Shown here: positions 50,746 through 60,365 of the stretch, piece after piece
Layout of the letters: every line of letters begins with the position of its first letter
Numbering within the stretch: the stretch's first letter is position 1
From: Trueperaceae bacterium
GTDB taxonomy: Bacteria > Deinococcota > Deinococci > Deinococcales > Trueperaceae
Reading direction: 5' to 3'
DNA: 64,000 nt
Assembly (NCBI GenBank): GCA_965215565.1
Contig: CBDCDZ010000004.1
Location: 4,329,474-4,393,473, forward strand
Program-made: the position numbers and the translations under genes
The notes under the pieces: model-generated
Databases searched by the model: none
What the model was told of the DNA's origin: nothing
Seen by the model: the letters and a program-made list of their open reading frames with translations, nothing else

Positions 50746-51696
50746 TCACAGTTTCCACTCGAAACCAGTTTCCTTCTCTGACCGGTCCCAGAGTTTCGTC
50801 ATGACGGCCTTATCAAAGGCGTAGGGTTCAAGCGTGCCCTTACCGACTGGACCGGTCCATTCCATGCGGCCCGTGGGACCGTAAAGGGCCCGCTGCTCCA
50901 GGCCATCCTGGGTTGCGCACATGACTTCCGGGTAGGAGCCCTTTTCGGCCGACTGAACCAGGGGAGACAGCGACATGAGCCGGAACACAATCCGTGTTCC
51001 AAGACCACCGCTGGTGCTGATTAGCGAGGTTGCGGACGAGCCGGGGTGGCAAACGTAGACTTCGACATCCTTGTTTGCTTCTTTGACCTTATCTTGCAGT
51101 TCGTAGGCAAACATCATCTGAGCCAGCTTGCTCTGGCTGTAAGCGGGATTGGCCCGGTAATTCTCTTCCCAGTTCATGTCGCCAAACTGGATCGTCCTCA
51201 GCCCCATTTTATAGCCTAGACTTGCAACAACCACGATGCGACCTTCTGATTCTTCAATGCGGCCAAAGAGCATCCCACACAGGACGAAATGGCCGTAATG
51301 GTTGGTGCCGAGCTGACTTTCAAAACCATCAACGGTGAACTTCTGTGTGGGCACCTGTGCGATGGCGGCGTTGCAAATCAGCGCGTCGATCTGCGGAACC
51401 GTCTTCAACACTTCTGCCGCTGCTTCGCGCACGCTCGCAAGCTCGGCCAGGTCCATGCGAACAAAACTCACATCTGCGCCCACGCCGAACTCCTGTTTTA
51501 GGGTCGCGATAGCGACGGTTGACTTATCGGCGTTGCGGTTCAGCGTCACCACTTTTGCGCCTTTGGACAGAAGTATCCGCGTTGCCTCAAATCCTGTACC
51601 AGCGTTAGCACCCGTGATGAGATAAGTTTTGCCTTCAAGGGAGCCGAGTCGCTCCGGTGTCCAGCCCTTTGGTCCAAATGTTTTTTGCATAGTCAT
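50746..51696 (-). CDS. SDR oxidoreductase (retinol dehydrogenase-like)
   Basis: TGANAGTG, NAAI, YSQSK, CHPG. Confidence 0.9.
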   Translation of the reverse strand: MTMQKTFGPKGWTPERLGSLEGKTYLITGANAGTGFEATRILLSKGAKVVTLNRNADKSTVAIATLKQEFGVGADVSFVRMDLAELASVREAAAEVLKTVPQIDALICNAAIAQVPTQKFTVDGFESQLGTNHYGHFVLCGMLFGRIEESEGRIVVVASLGYKMGLRTIQFGDMNWEENYRANPAYSQSKLAQMMFAYELQDKVKEANKDVEVYVCHPGSSATSLISTSGGLGTRIVFRLMSLSPLVQSAEKGSYPEVMCATQDGLEQRALYGPTGRMEWTGPVGKGTLEPYAFDKAVMTKLWDRSEKETGFEWKL

Positions 51697-51784
51697 TGTT
51701 CAAACTCCTTGTTTTGTGTGAGATGGTTTTTTGCTCGTGCGATAGATGCCCCTGCCTGAAACAACATGCATCCTTTTTAGTTTA

Positions 51785-51810
51785 GCTGTAAGTAAAAGTT
51801 TACTTACAGC
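51785..51810. promoter_or_regulatory. TetR operator
   Basis: GCTGTAAGTAAAAGTTTACTTACAGC; same core recurs at 52396-52421. Confidence 0.8.
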
Positions 51811-51821
51811 AACTTAAAAAA

Positions 51822-52394
51822 CTATTTCATTCCTTGCCAAAAAATATCTAACACCTCCCTTAGATCAGCTTTTTCGGTACCCTGTAATTTTTGAAGCGAC
51901 TCGCGGACTAATTGGCTGAGTGCGCCATAAACCGCAGCAATGATGATGTCATTGTGAATGTCTTGGCGGATGAGCTTGTTTGCTTTTGCTTCGTTGAGAA
52001 GATTCGTGAGTAGGTTGAACGTCTGCTCGAGCGCGCCGGCTTCATTCTCTTTTTTGATTGAGGCAGCGCGGTTTAAGGTTTCAAATAGGACAAGACGTTC
52101 AGGCTGCTCTAAAAAAGAACCAAACAAATCCTCAAGAAACCCCGTAAAGCGCTCCTCGGCGGTGCCCTCCTGCTGGCTGAAGCGCTTAGCATAGTCTTCT
52201 ATCTCCCTGGCGATACAGAGATAAACTTCAGCTAAGAGGTCATCTTTGTTATCAAAGTGGCGGTAGAGCGCCCCGTCGGTTAGACCCGCTCGTTTGGCAA
52301 TCTTGCTGACGCGAGCAGCGTCCAGACCCTCTTCAATGATGAGGTCAGCGGCGGCGTTTAAGATTTTTTGACGTGTGCCCATACCACCCTTCAA
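51822..52394 (-). CDS. TetR family regulator
   Basis: IAKRAGLTDGALYRHFDNKDDL. Confidence 0.92.
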   Translation of the reverse strand: MKGGMGTRQKILNAAADLIIEEGLDAARVSKIAKRAGLTDGALYRHFDNKDDLLAEVYLCIAREIEDYAKRFSQQEGTAEERFTGFLEDLFGSFLEQPERLVLFETLNRAASIKKENEAGALEQTFNLLTNLLNEAKANKLIRQDIHNDIIIAAVYGALSQLVRESLQKLQGTEKADLREVLDIFWQGMK

Positions 52395-52395
52395 A

Positions 52396-52421
52396 GGCGT
52401 AAGTAAATGTTTACTTACGCC
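52396..52421. promoter_or_regulatory. TetR autoregulatory operator
   Basis: GGCGTAAGTAAATGTTTACTTACGCC. Confidence 0.8.
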
Positions 52422-52558
52422 GGTAGATTAACCCATTAAGATTACCCTGTCAAGCTGTGCTCAACGCTTTCCATTGACCCAAACGCTAGTCACGCTTCTT
52501 GAAAACCACCATTTTTAAGAGAGGTAAACGAAGAGGTGCAGCCACTTGAAGAAACTGC

Positions 52559-54124
52559 TCAGCGGAAGTAGTCGCGCAAGATGTCTTGGTATTCCACTGG
52601 AATGCGACCCTCGTTAATGGCTTCTTCAGCGGCGCGTTCGTATTCGGCGTTCGTTTGCGCGTTCGGGATGTCCACCACGTCAGAGCCGGGGGCTAGAGTC
52701 TCACCCGCGGCGTTCGTCGCGCCCGCGCCGCGCTGCCCCTCCAGCAGCTCGGGATTGGTCTGCGGCGTGCCCTCCAGACGTTCCGCTGAGCTAGGGGTGG
52801 ACGCTGACGGGAGGCTGCCTGCACCGTCCCCTTCCTCGCCTTCAGCGCCGCCGCCCTCCTCCTCACCCTCTTGGGGTCCGCCTGAGCCGCCCTCGGCGCT
52901 CTCGCCCTGATTGGGATCGCCTTCGCCCTGACCACCTCTTCCTTGCCCCTCCTCTTGTTGCTGTCCCTCCTGTTGGCTTTCACTCTCGCCTTGCGCGCTC
53001 TGGGGCTGCTCGCCCTCTGCTTCCTGCTCCTGCTCGGAGGGCGTACCCTCCGAGCCGCCCGCTTCCTGCTCGCCCTCGCGGGGGGCTTGGGTCTGTTCTG
53101 GGGCGTCCGCACCGGACGCGCCCTCGCCGCCGCCATCTTGCGTCGCTTCGTCCCCTTGCTCTCCTTGCCCCTGTTGACTCTCTTGCTCCTGCCCTTCTTG
53201 TTCCCCCTGCGCCTCTCGTGCGCCCTGGTTCGGCTGCGCCTCGCTCGGCGCGTCCGGCTGGCTCTGGCTCGGCTCAGTGTTCTGCTCGGCGCTCTGCTCG
53301 CCTTGCGCCTCGCCTCTCGCGAAGGGGTTGCGCTCCGCGCCACTCGGCGGCGCGTCGTTCTCCTGCGCCTCCAACGACTCTAGGTAGCGCTCCAACGTCT
53401 CACTATCCGCGTCCCCGCCCGCGCTCGCCTCGCCGCCCTCACCGCTCGAGTCTTCACCAGGTGCGTCGAAGGTGCGCTCCAACTCGGGTTGCGCGTCCTC
53501 TTCGGCGTTCTCTACCTCAGCGGCTTCAGGGGACGTGTCGGGCGCGCTATCGGGTTGGCTGTCCGCGTCGCTTTGCGCGGCGGGTGGCGCGCTTTCATTC
53601 GGTCCCAAGGGCGCGTTTCCGCCACCAAAGCCGCCCCCGATGCCAGGCAGACCGATGGCGGGGAGTACGGCTAAGCTAAGCGCTACCGCGAGCAGCGGGA
53701 GCCACCAGGGTTGGGCGGTGGGGGGCTCGAGCCGCCCCGCCGTGCGCTCCACCTGTACGCCAAGTGCCTCGAAGAAACCGTAGCTGTCTTCTGCTTGAGT
53801 GTTCGCGGGCTCCGCTTGCGTCCGTTCTAAAGCGGTGCGGTAGGCGAGCCCCGCACGTTCGTCGATCCAGCGGAGCGCCCAGGGCTCGGCGCGTTCCAAG
53901 CGCCAGGCGAAGCCGGCTAAAAAGCCCACGCCGACGAGCGCGAGGTGTAGCGCCGTAGGGAGGCCGACGAGCCAAGCGACAAAAGACGCGGCGAGCGCGG
54001 CGCTCGAGCACACGAAGAGCCTCGAGCGCCGCGCGCGTCCGCTCGCGAGTTGGCGGTGCAAGGTCAGGGGTGACGCTACGTTCTGAGGTTTGTCTTTCTG
54101 CCTTTGGCTGGGTTTGATCAACAT
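52559..54124 (-). CDS. Membrane protein with long acidic Q/E/G-rich tail
   Basis: TM helices, low-complexity region, C-terminal IPVEYQDILRDYF. Confidence 0.7.
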   Translation of the reverse strand: MLIKPSQRQKDKPQNVASPLTLHRQLASGRARRSRLFVCSSAALAASFVAWLVGLPTALHLALVGVGFLAGFAWRLERAEPWALRWIDERAGLAYRTALERTQAEPANTQAEDSYGFFEALGVQVERTAGRLEPPTAQPWWLPLLAVALSLAVLPAIGLPGIGGGFGGGNAPLGPNESAPPAAQSDADSQPDSAPDTSPEAAEVENAEEDAQPELERTFDAPGEDSSGEGGEASAGGDADSETLERYLESLEAQENDAPPSGAERNPFARGEAQGEQSAEQNTEPSQSQPDAPSEAQPNQGAREAQGEQEGQEQESQQGQGEQGDEATQDGGGEGASGADAPEQTQAPREGEQEAGGSEGTPSEQEQEAEGEQPQSAQGESESQQEGQQQEEGQGRGGQGEGDPNQGESAEGGSGGPQEGEEEGGGAEGEEGDGAGSLPSASTPSSAERLEGTPQTNPELLEGQRGAGATNAAGETLAPGSDVVDIPNAQTNAEYERAAEEAINEGRIPVEYQDILRDYFR

Positions 54125-54126
54125 GG

Positions 54127-54747
54127 CTACTTGTCCTTGCGCGAAGTCGCGCGCACGAGATAGAGCAGGGTTGCGCCCGCGCAGAGGACCGCGAGGGTGA
54201 GGTGAATTGTAGAAACTTGGGTGATGGCGGTGAAGGGGTTCAGGACAGCCTGCCTCGTCCAGGTGCTCACCCACACGTCGAACGAGACCACGCCGACGAG
54301 GATGAGCGGCACGGCGAGGGGCAGCAGGGTGCGCAGCCTGAGCGTGCCAAGCAGCGTGCCGAGCAGCGTGCCGACGCCGAAAAAGGCGATGAGGTCGACG
54401 GTGCATAGGAGCGGTGCCCACCAGAAGGGCGTGACGGGGTAGCTCGCGGCGTAGGTGGCGGCGTCTAGAGGCAGCGTGAGGACGTGAAAGCAGCCGAGCG
54501 CGGCGAGCGTGAGGCGCTGCTCGTTGAGGGAACGTGCACTCGCGCTGCCGCCGTAAGCCAGCGCGAGCAGCGCCAGCGCCGCCACCTTGACCTGCTCCAA
54601 GGTATACCAACTGTTGTTGGCCTCTTGCGCGTCCGAGGGCCAGGTGATGACCAGCACGAAGATGAGGAGCGCCATGAGCGCCATGAGCAGTTGCGTCATG
54701 TCTTCGCGCCGCAGCAGGGCGCTGAGCCCTCTGAGGGGAGAGGTCAC
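54127..54747 (-). CDS. Hypothetical membrane protein
   Basis: About six TM segments; operon overlap. Confidence 0.7.
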   Translation of the reverse strand: MTSPLRGLSALLRREDMTQLLMALMALLIFVLVITWPSDAQEANNSWYTLEQVKVAALALLALAYGGSASARSLNEQRLTLAALGCFHVLTLPLDAATYAASYPVTPFWWAPLLCTVDLIAFFGVGTLLGTLLGTLRLRTLLPLAVPLILVGVVSFDVWVSTWTRQAVLNPFTAITQVSTIHLTLAVLCAGATLLYLVRATSRKDK

Positions 54748-56267
54748 AGCGCACCCTCCGCTGCGCCGCTACGAGTGTTTATCCCTCTCCGCTCTCCGCG
54801 CTGCCCAGAGGTTGGTGAGCGTTGCCGCACACCTTCTGAGGCCGCACTAGATGGGGTGTCAGGTAGGGCGGCGTCAGGTGGGACATCTGGCAGGGCGACG
54901 TAGATGTGACCGCCACTGCGGGCGAGGGCGCTGCCGCTAGGGAGATGCGGTAGGAGCGCTCGGTAGGGGGACGGCGGCAGACTGTCGCGCATCCGCGCGT
55001 CGAGGCGTTCGCCCGCCGCCACCGCAGGCTGCTGCCCGAGCCCGATGACGAAGACGTCGCCTAGAGAGGTTGACCCGCCGTTGACGAGCCTGTCGCCCTC
55101 CCAGTAGAACGTCGCCGCGTCCAGGCGCGGCGCGAGGATGAGCGTGACCGCTGACCAGCGCGGCATTTCGAAGCGCAACCCGTCCGGCGACGTGTGCCAC
55201 GAGGTCAGCTCGAGCGGGTAGGCGTCCGCCGCTAGGCGGCGCGTCCCTTCGGGCAGGCTAAAGAGCGTGCGCAACTCCAGCGTCTGCGCGAGTCCGCCGC
55301 TCGCCAAGCTCAGGCTGCGGCTGCGCGTCAAAGTGGCGTCGCTAGGGCGCAGATAGCCCCACGCGCCCGCCGCGAAGAGCAGCGCCAGCGAGAGCCCTGC
55401 GAAGAGTCCCGGCACGCGCCCGAAGCGAACGACTAAAAGCGCGGCGAGCGCGTACGCGCTCGCGCCCAGAAAGACCACCTGCTGCGGCACGCTCCGCGGA
55501 CCGCGCTGCATGTCGGGCGAGATGAGCGCGCCGAGTAGCGCCTTTTGCTCGAGCCTCGGGCGCTGCGCCTCTACGCGGGTGTTCTCGTCCTCATCAGACG
55601 GCTCGTCCGCTCGCGCGTCTGTGCGTACGAGCCACCCTGCGCCGAGGCGTCGCGCGCGCTCCGGCGCGAGCGCGCGCAGTTCGCCCGAAGGGTTTAAAAG
55701 AAAAACGGCAGTGCCCGCCGCTGCCGCTGCCGCTACGGTTCGCGTCTGTGCGTCGCCGCCTAGCCGCAGCGTCTCGACGCCCGCGTAAGCGCCCGGACGT
55801 GCGGGCAGCGCGCCTGGGCGCACGTCTACGACTCTGGCCTCTCGCCCAGCGTCAGGTAGCGCGGTGTCGCCCGCGTCCAAGCTGATATCCAAGAGATGCA
55901 GCGGACGCGGGTCAACCCGGCGTCTGTCGACGCTGCCGCTCGCCAGGACGCTGTCTTGGGTTCTCACCGCCCACGTCAGGCGTCGCCACGCCGGAATATA
56001 GAGGTCATCCTCAAACACGAACAAGCCGCCGCCGCCCGCCAGAGGTGCCCTGTAACGCACCATTTGCTCACCGTCACGCAGGTTGCCCTGATCGAGTTCT
56101 AAAACGAACTCCGCCGCGCCTTGGTCTCGCAGCGAGACGCGCAACGGGTTCCACGTGTTCGCGACGACTTCATTGGAGAAGCCCAGCGTCACCTCAACCC
56201 CGCTGCTCTGCGCGAACGCAGCGCTGAGCACTAAGGAGAGCGCGAAGATAAGACCGACTCTGACCAC
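54744..56267 (-). CDS. Hypothetical exported/membrane protein
   Basis: TAAACT 7 nt before GTG 56267; signal peptide; WNPLRVSL. Confidence 0.65.
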   Translation of the reverse strand: MVRVGLIFALSLVLSAAFAQSSGVEVTLGFSNEVVANTWNPLRVSLRDQGAAEFVLELDQGNLRDGEQMVRYRAPLAGGGGLFVFEDDLYIPAWRRLTWAVRTQDSVLASGSVDRRRVDPRPLHLLDISLDAGDTALPDAGREARVVDVRPGALPARPGAYAGVETLRLGGDAQTRTVAAAAAAGTAVFLLNPSGELRALAPERARRLGAGWLVRTDARADEPSDEDENTRVEAQRPRLEQKALLGALISPDMQRGPRSVPQQVVFLGASAYALAALLVVRFGRVPGLFAGLSLALLFAAGAWGYLRPSDATLTRSRSLSLASGGLAQTLELRTLFSLPEGTRRLAADAYPLELTSWHTSPDGLRFEMPRWSAVTLILAPRLDAATFYWEGDRLVNGGSTSLGDVFVIGLGQQPAVAAGERLDARMRDSLPPSPYRALLPHLPSGSALARSGGHIYVALPDVPPDAALPDTPSSAASEGVRQRSPTSGQRGERRGINTRSGAAEGAL

Positions 56268-56399
56268 TGCCTCTAGTTTACCAGGTAGCACCCCGGAAAC
56301 CGTGACTTGCATAGACGAAATGAGATAACAGGAGGGTGTAGAAACCGCCGAAGCAGACATGGCGTAAAAAGCTGATGAGTACACAAAGAATGGAGGTGG

Positions 56400-56600
56400 T
56401 AGCGCTATTCGGAATGATATAGAGGTCAAACAAGGGGTTGTAATACGAGGTTGCACGGAATAGTTTGCAAACTATTCCGTGCCCATCTGTGATGGGACGT
56501 AAACTCGGCGCTTCGCTGAAAAGCTCTAACGCCCTTAGTTAGGGTAAGTAAACTGTACAATTCCGTATAACCCCTTGCTCATTACGCGGAAACGGCGCAA
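56400..56600. repeat. Nested palindromic element (MITE-like family B)
   Basis: CAAGGGGTTGTAATACG / CGTATAACCCCTTG arms; internal perfect GCACGGAATAGTTTGCAAACTATTCCGTGC. Confidence 0.6.
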
Positions 56601-56717
56601 GACATACCCGTTGGCATTCGCCCTGAACCCACTACCAGAATGGATACACAAAGAAGACGCGCTCGAGTCTACTCGAGCGCGTCTTCTTCGCAGCGCTGAG
56701 ATTGCGCTACTAAACGC

Positions 56718-56897
56718 TTAGGAGGCGAGGTTGAGGAAGAACGCTGCTGAGCCGCCCGTATCGCCACCTGTTTCGCCGCCCGTACCGTCGCCACCCGTTT
56801 CTTCGATGGGGGCGGGCTCGTTGGGATCGTCGCTACTATCGCAACCGACCAGCGCGGTCGCTAAAACTAAAGAGAAAATCAAGAAAGCACGTTTCAT
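56718..56897 (-). CDS. Small lipoprotein (59 aa, below ORF-track cutoff)
   Basis: AGGAG RBS; MKRAFLIFSLVLATALVGC lipobox; TGG repeats; terminator hairpin ~56652-56688. Confidence 0.75.
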   Translation of the reverse strand: MKRAFLIFSLVLATALVGCDSSDDPNEPAPIEETGGDGTGGETGGDTGGSAAFFLNLAS

Positions 56898-57204
56898 GGT
56901 GTGGACTCCTATATGAGTGAGAATTTTTACACCTCGCGGCGGTGCAAAGTGCTAATGAAAAGGGTGACATGTGAAGATATGAGAATCTTGTAGTGTTTAT
57001 GAGAAGATTGGGATGAAAGTATGGTGAGAGCACCTGAAGTGACGAGGCTCGAGGTGTCGACGGCGCAAAAGGGTCAGTTCGGTGAAGAAATGATAAAACA
57101 AAATGAGGTGAAATTTCCGGTTTGATCGGTATCTTAGGTTGTATCCCGCCGAACTGCGACGCGAGGACGGGTCCATTCGGTAGCCCGAACGTCCTCTGAC
57201 CGGA

Positions 57205-57975
57205 CTAGACCTCCCCCAGATACGCCCGCTTCATCGCTTCATTGTTCAAGAGTTCTTTCGCTGGACCGCTCAAAACAACCTCGCCCGTTTGCAGCACGTA
57301 GCCTCTGTCGGCAACCCCGAGCGCTACGTTCGCGTTTTGCTCCACCACGAACACGCTGATGCCGCGCTCGTTGACCTGCTTGATGATCTGAAAAATCTTC
57401 TCGACGAAAAGCGGCGCGAGCCCCATCGAAGGCTCATCCATCAAGATGAGCTTGGGGCGGCTCATCAGGGCGCGGCCCATCGCTAGCATCTGCTGTTCGC
57501 CCCCGGACATGGTGCCGCCCATCTGCGTCACGCGCTCGGCGAGGCGCGGGAAGAGGTCAAAGACGTAGTCCATGTCGTCTTTGATGTCCTGCTTGTTGTC
57601 GCGCAGGTACGAGCCCATCTCCAAGTTCTCTTTCACGGTCATCTTGGGGAAGATGCGGCGGTTTTCGGGTACGACGGCCATGCCGCGCTGGATGCGCTCC
57701 GCCGTCGAGAGGGTGTCGGCGCGTTCGCCCTGAAGATACATTTCGCCCTCGGAAACACCGACGACGCCCAAAATCGTCTTGAGCGTCGTGGACTTACCCG
57801 AAGCGTTGCCCCCTAAGAGACAGACCATCTCGCCGGGGTAGATGACCATGTCCACCTCGTTGAGCACGCGGATGGGACCGTAATGCGTAGTGACCTTGCG
57901 GAGTTCTAGGAGCTTTTCCCTGTCGTCCGTTCGTACGGCGGCTTTCTCTTTGGAGTAGACGGCAACCTCGCTCAC
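57205..57975 (-). CDS. livF: Branched-chain amino acid ABC ATPase
   Basis: GGNASGKST, SGGEQQM, DEPSMGL. Confidence 0.9.
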   Translation of the reverse strand: MSEVAVYSKEKAAVRTDDREKLLELRKVTTHYGPIRVLNEVDMVIYPGEMVCLLGGNASGKSTTLKTILGVVGVSEGEMYLQGERADTLSTAERIQRGMAVVPENRRIFPKMTVKENLEMGSYLRDNKQDIKDDMDYVFDLFPRLAERVTQMGGTMSGGEQQMLAMGRALMSRPKLILMDEPSMGLAPLFVEKIFQIIKQVNERGISVFVVEQNANVALGVADRGYVLQTGEVVLSGPAKELLNNEAMKRAYLGEV

Positions 57976-58066
57976 GAATGCACCTCGCTGTAACCGTACC
58001 CCTGACGAATTTTGCTACGCCCGCCGACCACTTGACACCTTGATGTCATCCTCGAGCCTCTCAACC

Positions 58067-58888
58067 TCACAGCGCACCCCCGGATTGTTCTATCTTCCTT
58101 TCGCCCGTCGTCTTCGCCTCCGCCGCTTTCTTGCCGAGATACGCCTCGATGACTTTCGGATCGTTGACGACTTCTTTATAGCCACCCTCGGCGATCTTTT
58201 GCCCGTAGTCGAGCACGATCACGCGGTCACTGATTTCACCGACTAGGTTCATCTTGTGCTCGACTAAGAGAACCGTATAGCCCCCTTCGTCGCGCATCCG
58301 TTTGATGATTTGGGTGATTTCGCCCGTCTCTTTCGGGTTCATCCCGGCCGAAGGCTCGTCTAGGAGCAGAAGCTTCGCGCCCGTCGCCATCGCCCGCGCC
58401 ATCTCGGTGCGGCGGCGGTTCGCGTACGACAAGACGTAGACGGGTTGGTGCAAGCGGAAGCTCATCAGTCGTGGACCGAAGAAGGAGAGCTTCTCCAGCG
58501 CCAACTCGTGCATCTCGCGCTCCTTTTTGCGGTAGCCAGGCGTTCTGAGCACAGCGGACACCCAGTTGGATTTGAGCTTGTGGTGCTGCGGAATGAGCAC
58601 GTTATCCAAGACCGAGAGGTTGGTAAAGAGCCGCAGGTTTTGAAAGGTACGCGCGACGCCTCTATCCACGATTTTATTCGGCGAGAGCCCGACGATGGAG
58701 CGGTCCTCGAAGCGGATGTCGCCGGAGTCAGGCTTATACACGCCCGTGATAAGGTTGAAAAAGGTGGTCTTGCCCGCGCCGTTCGGTCCGATGACGGAGA
58801 CGATTTCGCCCTCGCCCACCTTGAGGTTGAGATTGGTGATCGCTTGCAAGCCGCCGAAGGATTTGTTGAGGTTGGTGATCTCGAGCAT
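58067..58888 (-). CDS. livG: Branched-chain amino acid ABC ATPase
   Basis: GPNGAGKTT, ARTFQN, DEPSAGMN. Confidence 0.9.
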   Translation of the reverse strand: MLEITNLNKSFGGLQAITNLNLKVGEGEIVSVIGPNGAGKTTFFNLITGVYKPDSGDIRFEDRSIVGLSPNKIVDRGVARTFQNLRLFTNLSVLDNVLIPQHHKLKSNWVSAVLRTPGYRKKEREMHELALEKLSFFGPRLMSFRLHQPVYVLSYANRRRTEMARAMATGAKLLLLDEPSAGMNPKETGEITQIIKRMRDEGGYTVLLVEHKMNLVGEISDRVIVLDYGQKIAEGGYKEVVNDPKVIEAYLGKKAAEAKTTGERKIEQSGGAL

Positions 58889-58889
58889 C

Positions 58890-60365
58890 CTAGTCCTCCG
58901 CCCTTTGCCCTTCTATTTGCCTGTCCGTCCGGGTGATGTCTTTCGCAGGTGTGTCCGCTTTGGATAGGTTTGTCTTAGGCTCACGCGCCGAAGCGAGCTG
59001 CGCTGTTTTGTCCTCGTTCAGTTCAGGGTTCGAGAGCCAAGCGTCTTGCGCCCGCTCCTCGTCGGTGGGCTCGTCGCGGCGTTCACGCAGCACCCACGCC
59101 CAGTTGAATTCGGCGCGCCCTAACAGCCCTTCGGGGCGAAACACCATGATGATGACGAGCAGCACCGCCAAGGCGATGCGCCGCAGCCCGAACGCCTGAA
59201 AGGTTCCCTCCCAGTAGCCCAACGCAGGCGCGAGTAGGCTCGCCAAGAGCACCGCGCCGCCCGCCGCTGCTAAAACGTAAATGCCTATATTTAAGCGCGG
59301 TCTGAGCCGCAAAGAGGTGCGGTAGACGTACGTTGCGCCCGCCGCCGCTAATAGCAGCAGCCCCGCCGCGAGCGCCCACGTCGTCAGCTCGTAGGGTTGC
59401 TCCAAAGGGTCGCCGTACTGCAGCACGAACACCACAAGTGCCATCCCAAAGAGCGTCCCCGTGACCGAGCCCGTGCCGCCGACGCTGATGGCAACCAAGA
59501 AGAAGAAGGTCAAAAAGAAGAGAAACGAGTCGAGCCGCGCCGAGGCGAGCCACGAGACATAGAGCCCGCCCGAGACGCCCGCGAAAAAGGCGGAGAGCGT
59601 AAAGGCTAAGACCTTGTGATAGGCGAGGTTCACGCCCATCGCCTCCGCTGCGATCTCGTCCTCGCGGATGCCTTGAAGGGCTCGCCCATAGGATGAAAAT
59701 TTGAGCTTCGCCATCACAAAGGTGGTGAACGCCAAGATACCGAAGGTCCACCAGACGCTCGTGCCGATGGCTCTAGGAATCCCTGTGAAGCCCAGCGCAC
59801 CGTTTGTGAAGGGCGCAAAGAGGTCCGTCGAGGCTAAGAGGCGGATGATTTCGCCGAAGCCGAAGGTGACGATAGCCAAGTAGTCGCCGCGCAGACGGAG
59901 ACTCGGAAAGCCCACAATCAGCCCGAACACCGCCGCAACGAGCCCGCCGATAAAGAGCGCGATCAAAAAGCGCACCCACAGCGTTTCAGGCGTGGTGAGC
60001 GCGTCTAATCCTAAATTATCCAGCCAGTTCTGCACGCTCAAACTCAGCGTGAAGTCGTTCAGGCGGCTCCGAGCGCTGTCTGCGATGCGCTGCCGGTTCG
60101 TCTCGGGCAGGATTAAAAGCGCGGTGATGTAGCCGCCAATGAGCATGAAGCCGTGATGACCCAAGGAGAGAATGCCGGTCACGCCGTTGATGAGGTTGAG
60201 GCTTACGGCGGCAATACTCCAGATGGCGAAAAGCGCGGAGACCTGGCGGAGTTTGACGCTGGGTCCGCTGTCGATCAGGAAGAGAACGAGCGCTAAAACG
60301 CCCAACCCCGCGAGCGTCAGGAGCGCGTTGCGTCCGCTTTTGCTTGCCTGAGGGTTCTTGCTCAT
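58890..60365 (-). CDS. livM: Branched-chain amino acid ABC permease
   Basis: LRLRGDYLAIVTFGFGE, IREDEIAA. Confidence 0.9.
   Translation of the reverse strand: MSKNPQASKSGRNALLTLAGLGVLALVLFLIDSGPSVKLRQVSALFAIWSIAAVSLNLINGVTGILSLGHHGFMLIGGYITALLILPETNRQRIADSARSRLNDFTLSLSVQNWLDNLGLDALTTPETLWVRFLIALFIGGLVAAVFGLIVGFPSLRLRGDYLAIVTFGFGEIIRLLASTDLFAPFTNGALGFTGIPRAIGTSVWWTFGILAFTTFVMAKLKFSSYGRALQGIREDEIAAEAMGVNLAYHKVLAFTLSAFFAGVSGGLYVSWLASARLDSFLFFLTFFFLVAISVGGTGSVTGTLFGMALVVFVLQYGDPLEQPYELTTWALAAGLLLLAAAGATYVYRTSLRLRPRLNIGIYVLAAAGGAVLLASLLAPALGYWEGTFQAFGLRRIALAVLLVIIMVFRPEGLLGRAEFNWAWVLRERRDEPTDEERAQDAWLSNPELNEDKTAQLASAREPKTNLSKADTPAKDITRTDRQIEGQRAED

Noticed and set aside
52581..56227. Many antisense/alternate-frame ORFs in GC-rich genes
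   Set aside because: Shadow ORFs expected at high GC
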